Position numbers and translations under genes: made by a program. A stretch of 63,960 nucleotides of DNA, the filler included, from Octopus bimaculoides (Eukaryota), in assembly GCF_001194135.2 (NCBI RefSeq). It is 7 parts of 6 records of this genome, joined end to end, with 100 filler letters (N's around TTAATTAATTAA, not from the genome) between each part and the next. Parts side by side here need not be neighbours in the genome. Positions count along the whole stretch, not along the records: positions 39,654 to 52,988 come from NC_068981.1; positions 53,089 to 58,537 come from NC_069002.1; positions 58,638 to 61,482 come from NC_068989.1; positions 61,583 to 63,960 come from NW_026307264.1; 3 more parts are not named here. One strand, given 5' to 3'. The notes beneath the pieces are model-generated. The model saw only the letters and a program-made list of their open reading frames with translations, did not search any database and had not been told where the DNA came from. Position 1 is the stretch's first letter. Each line of letters opens with the position of its first letter. Below, one piece after another: positions 51,165-63,194 of the stretch.

Positions 51165-52010
51165 TTCCAGCAACTATGCCGTCCCAGGTCGACCTTGAGC
51201 GACTGCAACACAACCAAAGCATTCTATAGTGGAAGGGAAGTACGACGACGATCTCGGGGCGAAGCTGGGCGTCGACGAGGAATACCTGACCCGCCTGTTC
51301 AAGACGACTTTCCCTGGCCTGGCAGTGCTATCGAGAAGCGTTACCCGTTCGGCATAAGTTCTCCAGGCATGACTCGAGAAACACGGGGTCGACCTGCCCG
51401 AGATGCGGTCAGAGCGACGAAACCGTTCTGCACACATTCGTACAGTGTCCAACCATTTCTGACCTGTGGGCATATGTCGAACAACTGCTATCGCGTGTGG
51501 GACGAGTCAGTTTATCAACCGAGTCTATCGTGAACATTGTCGTGCCTCCTTCCTTGAAACGGGAAGGAAGAGCCATTTTCTTCGTACTTGTGGTTATGGT
51601 GAAAGAATGTGTATGGTGGACGCGTCTGAAAGGTCTAGAGCCAAACACTTTCCTCTCTGGTCTAATCTCTCATCAACTTCTTCAAGTATCACTTGAAGAG
51701 GAAGGTGAGAGTAGAGAGGGAAGTTATGTCTAGTGAATGTTTCAAAAAAAGATGGGTGAATGTAGTATGGATGTAGAAAGGAAAAAAGAGAGTCACTTAC
51801 TGTAATGTAATTTTGCTTTTTTGCATGACATTATTGCCCGAGGTTACCGTGGTCATTTCTGTAGGCTTTTCTTTCCACGGATAAACCTAATCTGTTTCCC
51901 CTTTTTACATTATAGTATTTCTGTAATACTGATCGGCCTTTTCTGTGATATTGATCGGCCTTTTTTTTTTTCGAAGATCCCTTTTGATCGAATTTCTACC
52001 CCCCTTTTTT
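51165..52010 (+). mobile_element. Tx1/L1-like LINE 3' end with CCHC zinc knuckle and 3'UTR
   Basis: Peptide CPRCGQSDETVLHTFVQC...WAYVEQLLSRV...KECVWWTR...LINFFKYHLKRKVRVERE...KKRWVNV. It follows (CTAT)n. Confidence 0.75.
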
Positions 52011-52833
52011 CTCTNNNNNNNNNNNNNNNNNNNNNNNNNNNNNNNNNNNNNNNNNNNNNNNNNNNNNNNNNNNNNNNNNNNNNNNNNNNNNNNNNNNNNN
52101 NNNNNNNNNNNNNNNNNNNNNNNNNNNNNNNNNNNNNNNNNNNNNNNNNNNNNNNNNNNNNNNNNNNNNNNNNNNNNNNNNNNNNNNNNNNNNNNNNNNN
52201 NNNNNNNNNNNNNNNNNNNNNNNNNNNNNNNNNNNNNNNNNNNNNNNNNNNNNNNNNNNNNNNNNNNNNNNNNNNNNNNNNNNNNNNNNNNNNNNNNNNN
52301 NNNNNNNNNNNNNNNNNNNNNNNNNNNNNNNNNNNNNNNAAAGATATCTATAAATACGTATATACATGCATACATAGGAAAATTTGACTGATATTTCTGA
52401 CAGGTACAGCGTCGCGGTATGAGTTGTCCTCGTTGACACATGTTTAGGCGACTGGTGCAGCATGCTGATTATTCTGACATATTCTCTTAGAAGTGAATGT
52501 AGAACCGGCTAGAAAAAAAAATTAGAAATAAATAAATAAATAAAACGAAGAGGGGAAAAAAACCCACAGCCACACAAAAATTGTTCAATACTGCAGCGGT
52601 ATCTATAATGGAATGAGCAAGTGAAATGTTACACAACATAAAATAACACATTTTTTGTGTAGTGTTTTACTAAACACTCTCCAAAGAGAACGTGTCTGTG
52701 TGTTCACCAACGATCTATTGAATAACCAAACAATGAGTCGAAACGAACGTCATTTTTGGAGCGTGTGTGTGTGTGTGTGTTTTTTTTCTGATTTTTTAAC
52801 TTTTTTTTTTGGCATACCCACACCTCTACACAG

Positions 52834-52898
52834 AGACTCGAATGTGTGTGAACTACAATGCTTACAAACAGAAATGGTATACAAATGATAAGGAAATG
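52834..52898 (+). CDS. Candidate 65-nt exon (TRMCVNYNAYKQKWYTNDKEM)
   Basis: T-rich tract and ctctacacag acceptor, donor ATG|gtaggt, open frame phase 1 to 0. Confidence 0.3.
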
Positions 52899-53331
52899 GT
52901 AGGTATTGATTGAAACTCAATCAAAACACACAGGATATGTACAAAATATTTCTGGAAAATGAAAAGATAGAAATCGATTCCACTTTTCNNNNNNNNNNNN
53001 NNNNNNNNNNNNNNNNNNNNNNNNNNNNNNNNTTAATTAATTAANNNNNNNNNNNNNNNNNNNNNNNNNNNNNNNNNNNNNNNNNNNNGTGTGTGTGTGT
53101 GTGTGTGTGTGAGTGTGTACTCTAATAAATGTTAAGGCGATCTTTGGCTTTGGCTACATATAACTACGGGACAAAATGTAAAACTCTGTTTCGAGTTTCA
53201 CCGTTCCAAAAAAAAAAAAAAAAAAATTATTTTACGTTCTCTCGAAGGTTCTAAATTCTTATTATGTCAACAACATACCCATTTTCGGTGGTAAGAATAA
53301 AGCTTCTAAAATGGATAGTGAAATTTAGAGG

Positions 53332-53399
53332 AGTGCTTTTTGTCCAATAATAGAACGTCTGTCATATCTACAGATGTGGGTTCGAGTCTCATGAGCAGC
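53332..53399 (+). tRNA. tRNA-like cloverleaf (probable pseudogene or SINE head); anticodon position reads TAT
   Basis: Stem tctgt/acaga with a 7-nt loop and T-arm gtggg-ttcgagt-ctcat. Acceptor and D stems are only partial and the variable loop is too short. Oligo-T follows at about 53406-53414. Confidence 0.35.
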
Positions 53400-53699
53400 C
53401 TTCGATTTTTTTTTCAATCCAAAGGGATTTTTCAAATACATTATCTACTCGCTATTATTTATAGCTGTATGTGCTTCAAGTTTTACCGTTCCCAAAAATT
53501 ATTTCACGCTCTCAAGAAGTTTCTAAATTATTATAACGTCAACGAAAATAGACATGGGTAAGCAGAACAAATATGTAAATGCTCAAAAGTCACTTATTAA
53601 ATAATCTATTTAATGACCCGTTAGTATTTTTATTTATTTATTAAAATATTTAACGTTTTTTAGTGGTTTCGGTTGCGCATACTATAGAAATCCCAGGGT

Positions 53700-54020
53700 G
53701 CTGCTCCATGTGGTCCCGCAGTTTCCCTCTAAATAAGAATATTAGGATCCCATCCATTGTCTTGTATTCAAGATCCTCTGCATGACATCCTGTTAGTTCA
53801 AAGCCACGAATCTGATCTGTTGGGCCCTGCCGATAACTAAATCCATGCCTTGCTGCCGACGTTTCGATTTATTGTCATTGAGGTTTACTCCTCTGATGAG
53901 TAAGGTTTTGTCTGTCTCCTACCCTTCGACCTGTCTGACCTCGTAAGACCTGCCTGAAGATTTCTCTTCGTCTCTGGGTCAATGGAGCACACAGGCACTT
54001 CACCGCAACAAGGTACTTAT
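53700..54020 (-). mobile_element. Probable RTE-associated repeat fragment
   Basis: Relatively GC-rich segment (tctgggtcaatggagcac...caccgcaacaagg) resembling recalled RTE-type 5' sequence. Confidence 0.35.
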
Positions 54021-54524
54021 GGAATTGGCCGTTGGCCTAGATAGGGACGACCGAAATAGATAGATTAACTATTTTTAATAGTAGCACTTTTGTTTTAACT
54101 GTTATAACGAAGTTGTTAAAGTAACTTGGAAAAGTCTACAAACAAAGCAATAATAATAATCCTAGATTTCTATAAACACGTTACAAATTGGTTGTGTCTT
54201 AATCTTAATAGTAAAGAATGTCAGAAAAATAAACCAACCCATAAACAATAATAATCCCGTCTCCTGTAGTCAAAATGCCTGAAATTTTTGCAGGTGGATG
54301 CTAGTTGATTAGATCTCCATGGTGTTCAACTGGTGCTTATTTTATCAACCACGAAACAATGAAATGCAACGTCGACCTCGGTGGAATTTGAACTCAGAAC
54401 ATAAAGACGGAGAAAATGCCGCTAAGGATTTTGTTGGGTGCGATAACTATACAGGCAGCTCACTGCCTGCTAATAATAAAACAAGCGGCATTTCAAAGAA
54501 GTTATAAGAATATATTCGAAAATA

Positions 54525-54777
54525 TTGCGTTGGTGCATAATTATTGTGGCTTTTTTTCAACAAATTTTATTCAACAAAAACAATAACAATATTTAACAAA
54601 AACATCTTTAAATGACGGTCTGACCGTCTGCCAAGCAAATGGGAAGCAGTAATTGAAGTAGATGGTGAATATGCTCCGGAATAATCATTTAGAGATGTTT
54701 TTGTTACATGGTGTTATTGTTTTTGTTGAATAAAATTTGTTGAAAAAAAAAGCCACAATAATTATACACCAACCCAA
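54525..54777. mobile_element. mariner-derived MITE with about 95-bp inverted arms and a transposase C-terminal stub
   Basis: TA|ttgcgttggtgcataattattgtggc ... gccacaataattatacaccaacccaa|TA. The centre encodes RLPSKWEAVIEVDGEYAPE*. Confidence 0.85.
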
Positions 54778-54934
54778 TATTTAACCAAAGACCTTCTTAA
54801 AGTAATATATTTCCATTTAATGACATTTCAATAGTTACTTCTAAGTATTTTGATATTTATTTCACTTATTGGAGATATTCTTATCCATTTTCATGTTTTC
54901 CCAGATTGTTATAATTTCATTTTAAGTCCTGCAG

Positions 54935-55091
54935 ATATATATATCTAAACGCCAAAGATGGTCAATGTTATAAAAAATTGTTTATTTTAGAAGCAGAAAA
55001 AAATTTACAGCGTTTGCTGACAATCAACAGTATTTCTGAAAATTTTAAAAGTATTGCCGATGAGTTAAACTTACAAACTGAGTGTCAATAA
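54935..55091 (+). CDS. Candidate exon (YIYLNAKDGQCYKKLFILEAEKNLQRLLTINSISENFKSIADELNLQTECQ*)
   Basis: Acceptor ttcattttaagtcctgcag followed by 51 open codons in AT-rich DNA. The 3' boundary is uncertain. Confidence 0.25.
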
Positions 55092-55514
55092 TGTGCAATG
55101 TGTGGGGAAACGAAAGTTTAACGGTTTTAAGGACCTAAAACAAATCTTTTCTCCACGATTCTCCAATATCCTATGTTTTATATTATTGCTGAATATTGTT
55201 TGTTAATACTGTGTTAGTGAAATATATTTCTCAGAAAACTTTATTGTAATATTGTTATTAATTCTTTGTATATACAGCTTTCCACAATTCAGGTATATTC
55301 ATTTTATAGAACGTGACACATTTACATAAAATTTGTGGAAACATGCATGTGTGTGTATGTGTGCGTGTGTATGTGTGTGTGTGTGTGTGTGTGGGTGTAT
55401 GTGTGTGTGTAAGATTAAGCATGTATATATATAGAAGTTGTAGTAAAGATTGTTTGTCAATATAACATGGCAGTCCTGGTTTAGGACTAATGATACTGTA
55501 ATTTAGCCCCAGGA

Positions 55515-55590
55515 GACATCGTCTCCAGCTGACTATACGACACGATCTGTGTACTTATGTGGTGTCGTATAGCCAGCTGGAGACGATGTC
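55515..55590. repeat. Hairpin: 29-bp stem (28/29 paired), 18-nt loop
   Basis: gacatcgtctccagctgactatacgacac / gtgtcgtatagccagctggagacgatgtc. Confidence 0.9.
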
Positions 55591-55749
55591 AGTACTGTTG
55601 CTGATTATCTCTCGTTGTGAGATTTAAAAATAGTAATTCTCTAATATATAGGAGTTGTTTTATTGAACCTAAGATTTAAAGTTTGTCTGGTGACTCGATT
55701 TTCATGCCTCTGTGATCTTCAGGTGAGACAATTACGACTCGACATTAGT

Positions 55750-55785
<36 letters not shown>

Positions 55786-56845
55786 NNNNNNNNNNNNNNN
55801 NNNNNNNNNNNNNNNNNNNNNNNNNNNNNNNNNNNNNNNNNNNNNNNNNNNNNNNNNNNNNNNNNNNNNNNNNNNNNNNNNNNNNNNNNNNNNNNNNNNN
55901 NNNNNNNNNNNNNNNNNNNNNNNNNNNNNNNNNNNNNNNNNNNNNNNNNNNNNNNNNNNNNNNNNNNNNNNNNNNNNNNNNNNNNNNNNNNNNNNNNNNN
56001 NNNNNNNNNNNNNNNNNNNNNNNNNNNNNNNNNNNNNNNNNNNNNNNNNNNNNNNNNNNNNNNNNNNNNNNNNNNNNNNNNNNNNNNNNNNNNNNNNNNN
56101 NNNNNNNNNNNNNNNNNNNNNNNNNNNNNNNNNNNNNNNNNNNNNNNNNNNNNNNNNNNNNNNNNNNNNNNNNNNNNNNNNNNNNNNNNNNNNNNNNNNN
56201 NNNNNNNNNNNNNNNNNNNNNNNNNNNNNNNNNNNNNNNNNNNNNNNNNNNNNNNNNNNNNNNNNNNNNNNNNNNNNNNNNNNNNNNNNNNNNNNNNNNN
56301 NNNNNNNNNNNNNNNNNNNNNNNNNNNNNNNNNNNNNNNNNNNNNNNNNNNNNNNNNNNNNNNNNNNNNNNNNNNNNNNNNNNNNNNNNNNNNNNNNNNN
56401 NNNNNNNNNNNNNNNNNNNNNNNNNNNNNNNNNNNNNNNNNNNNNNNNNNNNNNNNNNNNNNNNNNNNNNNNNNNNNNNNNNNNNNNNNNNNNNNNNNNN
56501 NNNNNNNNNNNNNNNNNNNNNNNNNNNNNNNNNNNNNNNNNNNNNNNNNNNNNNNNNNNNNNNNNNNNNNNNNNNNNNNNNNNNNNNNNNNNNNNNNNNN
56601 NNNACACACACACACACACACACACACACACAACATTTTTCCAGCGTTAGTCTTGTGTAACAGAAAACACCTGGCTGCTTTGGTATTATCGATTTGAATG
56701 TTCCTTTCTGTTTGTTCTTTCTGTTTTTCATATTTGTATGTATGTATGTATGTATGTATGTATGTATACTAAATTAAAGTAAGGCATGTGTTCAATAAAA
56801 CACAGCTGGCAGCTAATTTATCTAACTATATTCTCTTTTTCTCAG

Positions 56846-56922
56846 GAAAAGAAAGGAAAGATAAATACTTGCACAGAGCGATGTTTAAAAGTAATAAGGA
56901 AGTTGGTGCGGTTAAATGTCGC
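56846..56922 (+). CDS. Candidate 77-nt exon (EKKGKINTCTERCLKVIRKLVRLNV or KERKDKYLHRAMFKSNKEVGAVKCR)
   Basis: Strong acceptor ctaactatattctctttttctcag (with ctaac branch-like motif) and strong donor GC|gtaagt at 56923. Confidence 0.35.
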
Positions 56923-57231
56923 GTAAGTCAAGAGAAAACAGCAAACGTTGAGCATTTTCTAAACGATTTCTCTGTGATCAATAGAGTTTATTGCGACCCA
57001 TCAATATATCTTGAGAATAACAATCTGACAGCTATGTAAACATGTCGCTTTATATATGCATGTACATGCGTATGTACGTACGTAACGTACGTATGTATGT
57101 GTGTACGTACGTACGTACGCATGTATGTATGTATGTATGTATGTACATATATGTAATATGTATGTATATATAAATATGTATATACGTCTATATGTATATA
57201 TATATATATATATAGGTATATATGCATACAT

Positions 57232-57290
<59 letters not shown>

Positions 57291-57419
57291 CGATTGTAGC
57301 GATATGTATATATGTGTATATATATATATATATATATTATATACACGTGCATGTGTGTATATCTATATATATATTTCGATGTGAAAGGTATGTACATAAC
57401 TGTGTAATATATTTGTATG

Positions 57420-57453
<34 letters not shown>

Positions 57454-57789
57454 TGTGTGTGTATTTCTAAGTATATATTACATATCTGTTCGTACGTACG
57501 TATAAACGTATTACGTATGTATGTATGTATGTATGTATGTATGTATGTATGTAGGGAGGTAGGGACTAGGTACATGTGTATCTATGGAATGAGAAAGAGA
57601 AAATGACGGAAAAAAAACAAGAAAAAAGACTGATAAACAGAGGAAGGTGAGTGGGGCAGCATCAGTAGATAAACTTTTTGTTGAATTTGATTTTTACTCA
57701 GAAAAATCAGTCTTTGGTTGTCATTTTATCTATTTTTGTGTTGTTTGTAATCACCTTTATATCTATTTACTTATCTGTTTCTCTCTCTG

Positions 57790-57820
<31 letters not shown>

Positions 57821-57827
57821 GTCTTTG

Positions 57828-57860
<33 letters not shown>

Positions 57861-57999
57861 CACTTTTATCTTTGAATTCTTCACTTTAAAGGTGTAATTC
57901 CTGTCTAATGCAACGCAATGACATCCCCAACTGGAGTAGATTATATCTAAAAACAAACAAAATTGCTTAAATAACACACACACGAACACACGCACACAC

Positions 58000-58043
<44 letters not shown>

Positions 58044-58638
58044 GCACGCACACATACGCATGCCACCAAGAAAGTCGGAAGAATTTTGTGGATAAAAAGG
58101 TAATTTTTTTCGCTCTTATTTAATCTTAATATTTTGCTTTTTATATTTTATTTTAATTCTTTTTGATTTTGGTACAAGTCCTCAATTTTAGGGGATCTTT
58201 AGGGGAGTCAATTTCATCGATCCCAGTGCTTAGTTGGTTCTTATTTCATCGGCCCCAAAATGGTGACGACAAGCGAAGTCGACCTCACCATGGTTTTGAA
58301 CCCAGAACGTAAAAAACCAGAAGAAATGCTTCTAAGCATACTGTCCGACACGTTAACGATTCCGCCACCTCACCGAATCATTGTCGACGTTGACAGCCTG
58401 CTCGTGAAATTAACGTGCAAGTGGCTGAGCACTCCACAGACACGTGTACCCTTAACGTAGTTCTCGGGGATATTCAGCGTGACACAGTGTGACAAGGCTG
58501 ACCCTTTGAATTACAGGCACAACAGAAACAGGAAGTANNNNNNNNNNNNNNNNNNNNNNNNNNNNNNNNNNNNNNNNNNNNTTAATTAATTAANNNNNNN
58601 NNNNNNNNNNNNNNNNNNNNNNNNNNNNNNNNNNNNNA

Positions 58639-58915
58639 CCTGCAAGACACAGATGTGGAGGTCTTCAAGACAAAACTCGACGCTTTCTTCTCCAAGATAC
58701 CAGACGAACCAATGGCTCGAAATGAGACACAGTTTAGGGCAGCGATGTCAAATTCTCTTATACACCAGATGTGCCATCAAAACTCTTGATTGGACTATAT
58801 CAGGTGCAGGAGAAGAGCCATGCAAGGAACGTGAAGAGAGCAAAGCATAAAGACAGAAAATCACGGTGGTGCTCCAGCATGACCACAGCTACTTGGCTGA
58901 AACCCATAAATAAAT
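58639..58915 (+). mobile_element. CR1-like LINE 3' end
   Basis: Peptide VFKTKLDAFFSKIPDEP...RAAMSNSLIHQ, then a 3' tail ggtgctccagcatg...gaaac shared with SINE A and (TAAA)n. Confidence 0.65.
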
Positions 58916-58964
58916 AAATAAATACATACATTCATACATACATACATACATATATACATACATA

Positions 58965-59640
58965 TTGTTGTTTGAGACAGATAAAAAAGAGTATGTACAC
59001 TCATAGAGGTCAGCTGCCCTGCTGATGTGAATATCTCTTTGAATATCAAAGAGAAAGAAACCAACTATGGACAACTGCCTTGAATTCCTGCTTCTATATC
59101 CTGACTATAAATTTACATTTATACCAATAATAATTGGAACACTTGTTTTTGTAAGTAAATAGGATAAAAAAAAAGGTAAAGTTATCTTCTTGAATCTTGC
59201 CAGCTCATAAGGGCTAGTTTCCCAGTTTCAATGGCATATAGATTCCCCACCTGGACAGGACACCAATCCTTTGCAGGGTTACTCATTTTTGTCAGCTGAG
59301 TGGACTGGAGCAATGTGAAATGAAGTGTTTTGCTCAAGAACACAACACATTGCTTGGTCCAGGAATCGAAACCACAATTTTATGAACATGAGTTCAACAC
59401 CTGTAACCACAAAGCCAAGTGCTTCCATTTTTGTAAGTAAATGCCTAACTGTCAGTCTGGAAATCAACCAACTGATTTGCACATCACAAATACAATCTGT
59501 AAGTGGAACAGTAAAAATATGCAAGACTTTTCTCAAGTTTAAAATGTGACATTGTTTTTGATATCTACATTCCAAAGATGGAGCTTTGTATCTTTATTAG
59601 AAACCAGTTCCTTCAAAGGAAGAATTTAAATGATTAAATA
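58965..59640 (+). mobile_element. RLE endonuclease relic split by a SINE C insertion
   Basis: EVSCPADVNISLNIKEKETNYGQL lies before the insert and QIQSVSGTVKICKTFLKF* after it. The relic starts after (TACA)n. Confidence 0.75.
59161..59427 (-). mobile_element. SINE family C with 15-bp TSD
   Basis: tttttgtaagtaaat at 59146-59160 and 59428-59442. Reverse B-box ggaatcgaaacc. Confidence 0.8.
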
Positions 59641-59994
59641 CAGAAGAGACGTACGGCCAAAAGTCACCTGATAGTAAATCAAAACCATTTAATTCCAAGA
59701 TTAAAACAAAAAATTATTTTACATGAGAGTTGCTAATAAATAGACAAATGTTGAAAAAAAAATAGGGTGATTTTAACTCACACCATTCAATTATTAAACA
59801 TTCATAATTGGAATGAACAAATGAAATTGAATATTAAGTATTTATGGAATTTTGATTTACTGTCGGTGGACTTTTGGCCAGCCCTGTATATGTCACTACT
59901 TTATTAATAAAGCATATTACTCAACCTCCGGTATTCAAGTACTATTTTCTCTACCTTGTTTCACATTTATGTGCTTACTCTGGTATACATATAT

Positions 59995-61050
59995 ATCATC
60001 GTCATCATCGTTTAATGTCCGCTTTCCATGCTAGCATGGGTTGGACGATTTGACTGAGGACTGGTGAAACCAGATGGCTACACCAGGCTACAATCTGATT
60101 TGGCAGAGTTTCTACAGCTGGATGCCCTTCCTAACGCCAACCACTCAGAGAGTGTAGTGGGTGCTTTTACGTGTCACCCGCACGAAGGCCAGTCAGGCAG
60201 TACTGACAACGGCCACACTCAAAATGGTGTATTTTATGTGCCACCTGCACAAGAGCCAATCCAGAGGCACTGGCAACGATCTCGCTCGAAAATCCTTACT
60301 CATNNNNNNNNNNNNNNNNNNNNNNNNNNNNNNNNNNNNNNNNNNNNNNNNNNNNNNNNNNNNNNNNNNNNNNNNNNNNNNNNNNNNNNNNNNNNNNNNN
60401 AATGAAGGAAAGGTACGCATAAGTGGGCTGGCTACGCCCCTGGCAGAGGCCTTGGATTTAGGTCTCACTTGGCTTGCCGGGTCTTCTCACGCACAGCATA
60501 TTTCCAAAAGTCTCGGTCAGAAGTCATCGCCTCAGTGAGGCCCAATGTTCGAAGGTCTTGCCTCACCACCTCAGCCCAGGTCTTCCTGGGCCTACCTCTT
60601 CCACGGGTTCCCTCAACTGTTAGGGTTTGGCACTTTTTCACGCAGCTATCCTCGTTCATTCTCGCCACATGTCTATACCAGCGCAATTGTCTCTTTTGCA
60701 CACCACAACTGATGCTTCTTATGTTCAGCTTTTCTCTCAAGATACTTACACTTTGTCGGGTATGCACACTGACATTACTCATCCATCGGAGCATACTGGC
60801 TTCATTCTTTGCGAGCTTATGGATGTCCTCAGCAGTCACAGCCAATGTTTCACTGCCATGTAGCATGGTTGTTCGTACACATGCCTCTGCATGTACACAT
60901 ATAGTCTGCCTTTTACTCTGAGTGAGAGTCCCTTTGTCGCTAGCAGAGGCAAGAGCTCTCTGAACTTTGCCCAGGCTATTCTTATTCTAGCAGCTACACT
61001 TTCAGCGCACCCACCCCCACTGCTAACTTGGTCACCCAGATATCAGAAGC
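59995..61050 (-). mobile_element. RTE-clade LINE, 5'-truncated: RT C-terminus (ORF 60465-60866) and 3'UTR
   Basis: Peptide MLHGSETLAV...EASMLRWM...QLRWYRHVARM...GRGRPRKTW..VV..DL. A short (GAT)n tail lies near 59995-60010. Confidence 0.9.
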
Positions 61051-61819
61051 TATCAACTACCTCTATATATATACCTCTATATATAACTACCTCTCTATAT
61101 ATATATAAATAGGCATGTATGTATGTGCTTAACTTTCACTTCTTAAGAACTGGTGTTGCTTTATTTACATCCCTGTAACTTAGCAGTTCAGCTAAAAGAC
61201 ACCAACGAAATAAGTAAGTAAACATGAAATAGATACTGAATTAATTTGATCCACTAAATCCTTCAAGACAGTGCACCAGCATGGCCACAGTCCAATGACT
61301 GAAATATGTAAAAGAATAAAGAAATAAATATAATTCTGTTTTATCAAGTGGCACCAGACGTACAATTAAAACAGGCCTTGGATGGGAATTAACAGATGTT
61401 GGGAATGAAAAAAAGCAGTGTATATGCTGATAATTATTTGTATAATATAAATATATATATATATATATATGTATATATATTCNNNNNNNNNNNNNNNNNN
61501 NNNNNNNNNNNNNNNNNNNNNNNNNNTTAATTAATTAANNNNNNNNNNNNNNNNNNNNNNNNNNNNNNNNNNNNNNNNNNNNTATATATAATGGAGAAAA
61601 CCCCAGATTAACAAACACATCGATTAGACCACATTTATAGCTTGTTTTTTTAAAACAAATCATGACATAACAATATAGGTGACGTAACATATCTTACGGC
61701 TGTTTCTGATCGGTTACGTACGAAAATGCTGTCTATAAATAAATGCGAGAATAATGTTCTTCATCTTCATAGGGCATTACTATCAAGGGACTACATGGTC
61801 CGTAGCCCCCTGATAGTAA

Positions 61820-62760
61820 ATTATATTGGGGATCACAGAAGACAATGACTTCAAACGCGCACCATCTCAACAGGAGATGAATCCATGCAGGGGCTGCTTG
61901 TACTTATACTGTACACCCCGTGCATCTAAACCACGGAAGTGGCGGTATTTCGTTCTCAAAGTTTGCCGTCCGTCGCCCACATACTTTCATCATGAAACTA
62001 CGGAAGTAGTAATATTTCATTGTAACAGATGTGCAGAATACACTAACAAGCAAAACAAAAGTATCATGTTCTATAAAGTTTTACTCGCTTGAGACTGATG
62101 CCAGACTAGTGCAGGGTTCACATTTTAAAGCAATAAAGTATGGCTTGCACTTCAGACACACAGTCACATTTTCACACAATATGTCCAGCACCAAAAAATG
62201 TCAAGGCATCTAAGATGGTTTGAGGATGCAGTTGTCTATCGTTACTACCACAGGAAGTGCTATCAATAACTTTTTCTCTTTGTTCCAGATCTCTTTTGTG
62301 CCATTTCGCCTCACTCAAAATTCGCTACAATTTCATTCAAACGTTGTTGTACTTATACGAATAAGGAAGTCTTTATACGGTGGTAGCGTTTTCCTCGAAG
62401 TGTCAGACATTGGAACAACTTTCCATTTCATTGTTTTTCCCACCTTTCATGACTTGAATTCTTTCATGCCTAAAGTAAATTCATTCTTATGGTCTTAATT
62501 TTTCCTTCTTAATAGTCCCTTATACAAAGTGGTTTTTGCCTTGTTTGAGACTTACAAAAAAACAAAAACTGGTGTGTCTTTGACATACAAAGCATCATTC
62601 CAGATGTTTCCGTTGGATTATAGCATTTAGCCAAGAATGATTGCTATTGCCACCTGTACCAGTTTCCCATATTGGCCCGGAGGAGTCAAAATCGAAGCCA
62701 TGGAGATCAAGGTTACCTACTTCTTCCGTACTTCATTTAATACTCTCATTATTGGAGTTT
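61820..62760 (-). mobile_element. Heavily decayed coding relic, possibly piggyBac-like transposase
   Basis: Fragmentary peptides DFDSSGPIWE, MKWKVVPMSD, STTTF.NEIVANFE and a Cys-rich CLKC...CEPC. No terminal repeats were found. Confidence 0.3.
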
Positions 62761-63194
62761 ATCTACTTTTCGAGAACAATTTAATTTTAATTTTTTTATC
62801 TTGCAGTAAGAGTCAATGACTTTCCACACCAAATTAGCTTAATTGCCGATAACCCAATCAAAAAAGGGTTGTTTTCGGTTGCATATTACTAGCAATGTTC
62901 TTATGTGACATCTATCAGTCTGTCTGTCTGTATGTCTGTCTGTCTATCTATCGATCTATCTGTCTGTCTGTCTGTCTTTCTCCCTGTCTGTCTGTCTGCT
63001 TAACCATCTGACTTCCTATCTGCCAGTCTTTCTATTAATGAATTTTATCTCTCACACTCACTCAATCTCTCTTTGTACCTCTCCCCCTCTCTCTATCTCC
63101 ACTTTTGCCTGTTTGTCCATCTGTCTCTTTCTCGCTCTTTCTCTCTCCCTCACTCTCTTTCTCTCCCTCTCTCTAATTTTGTCTGTCTGTCTGT

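Noticed and set aside
61777-62820. Helitron assignment for hairpin plus IAIAT...PGG peptide
   Set aside because: No CTRR end at the expected distance and no other helicase motifs. The minus strand looks more like the coding strand.
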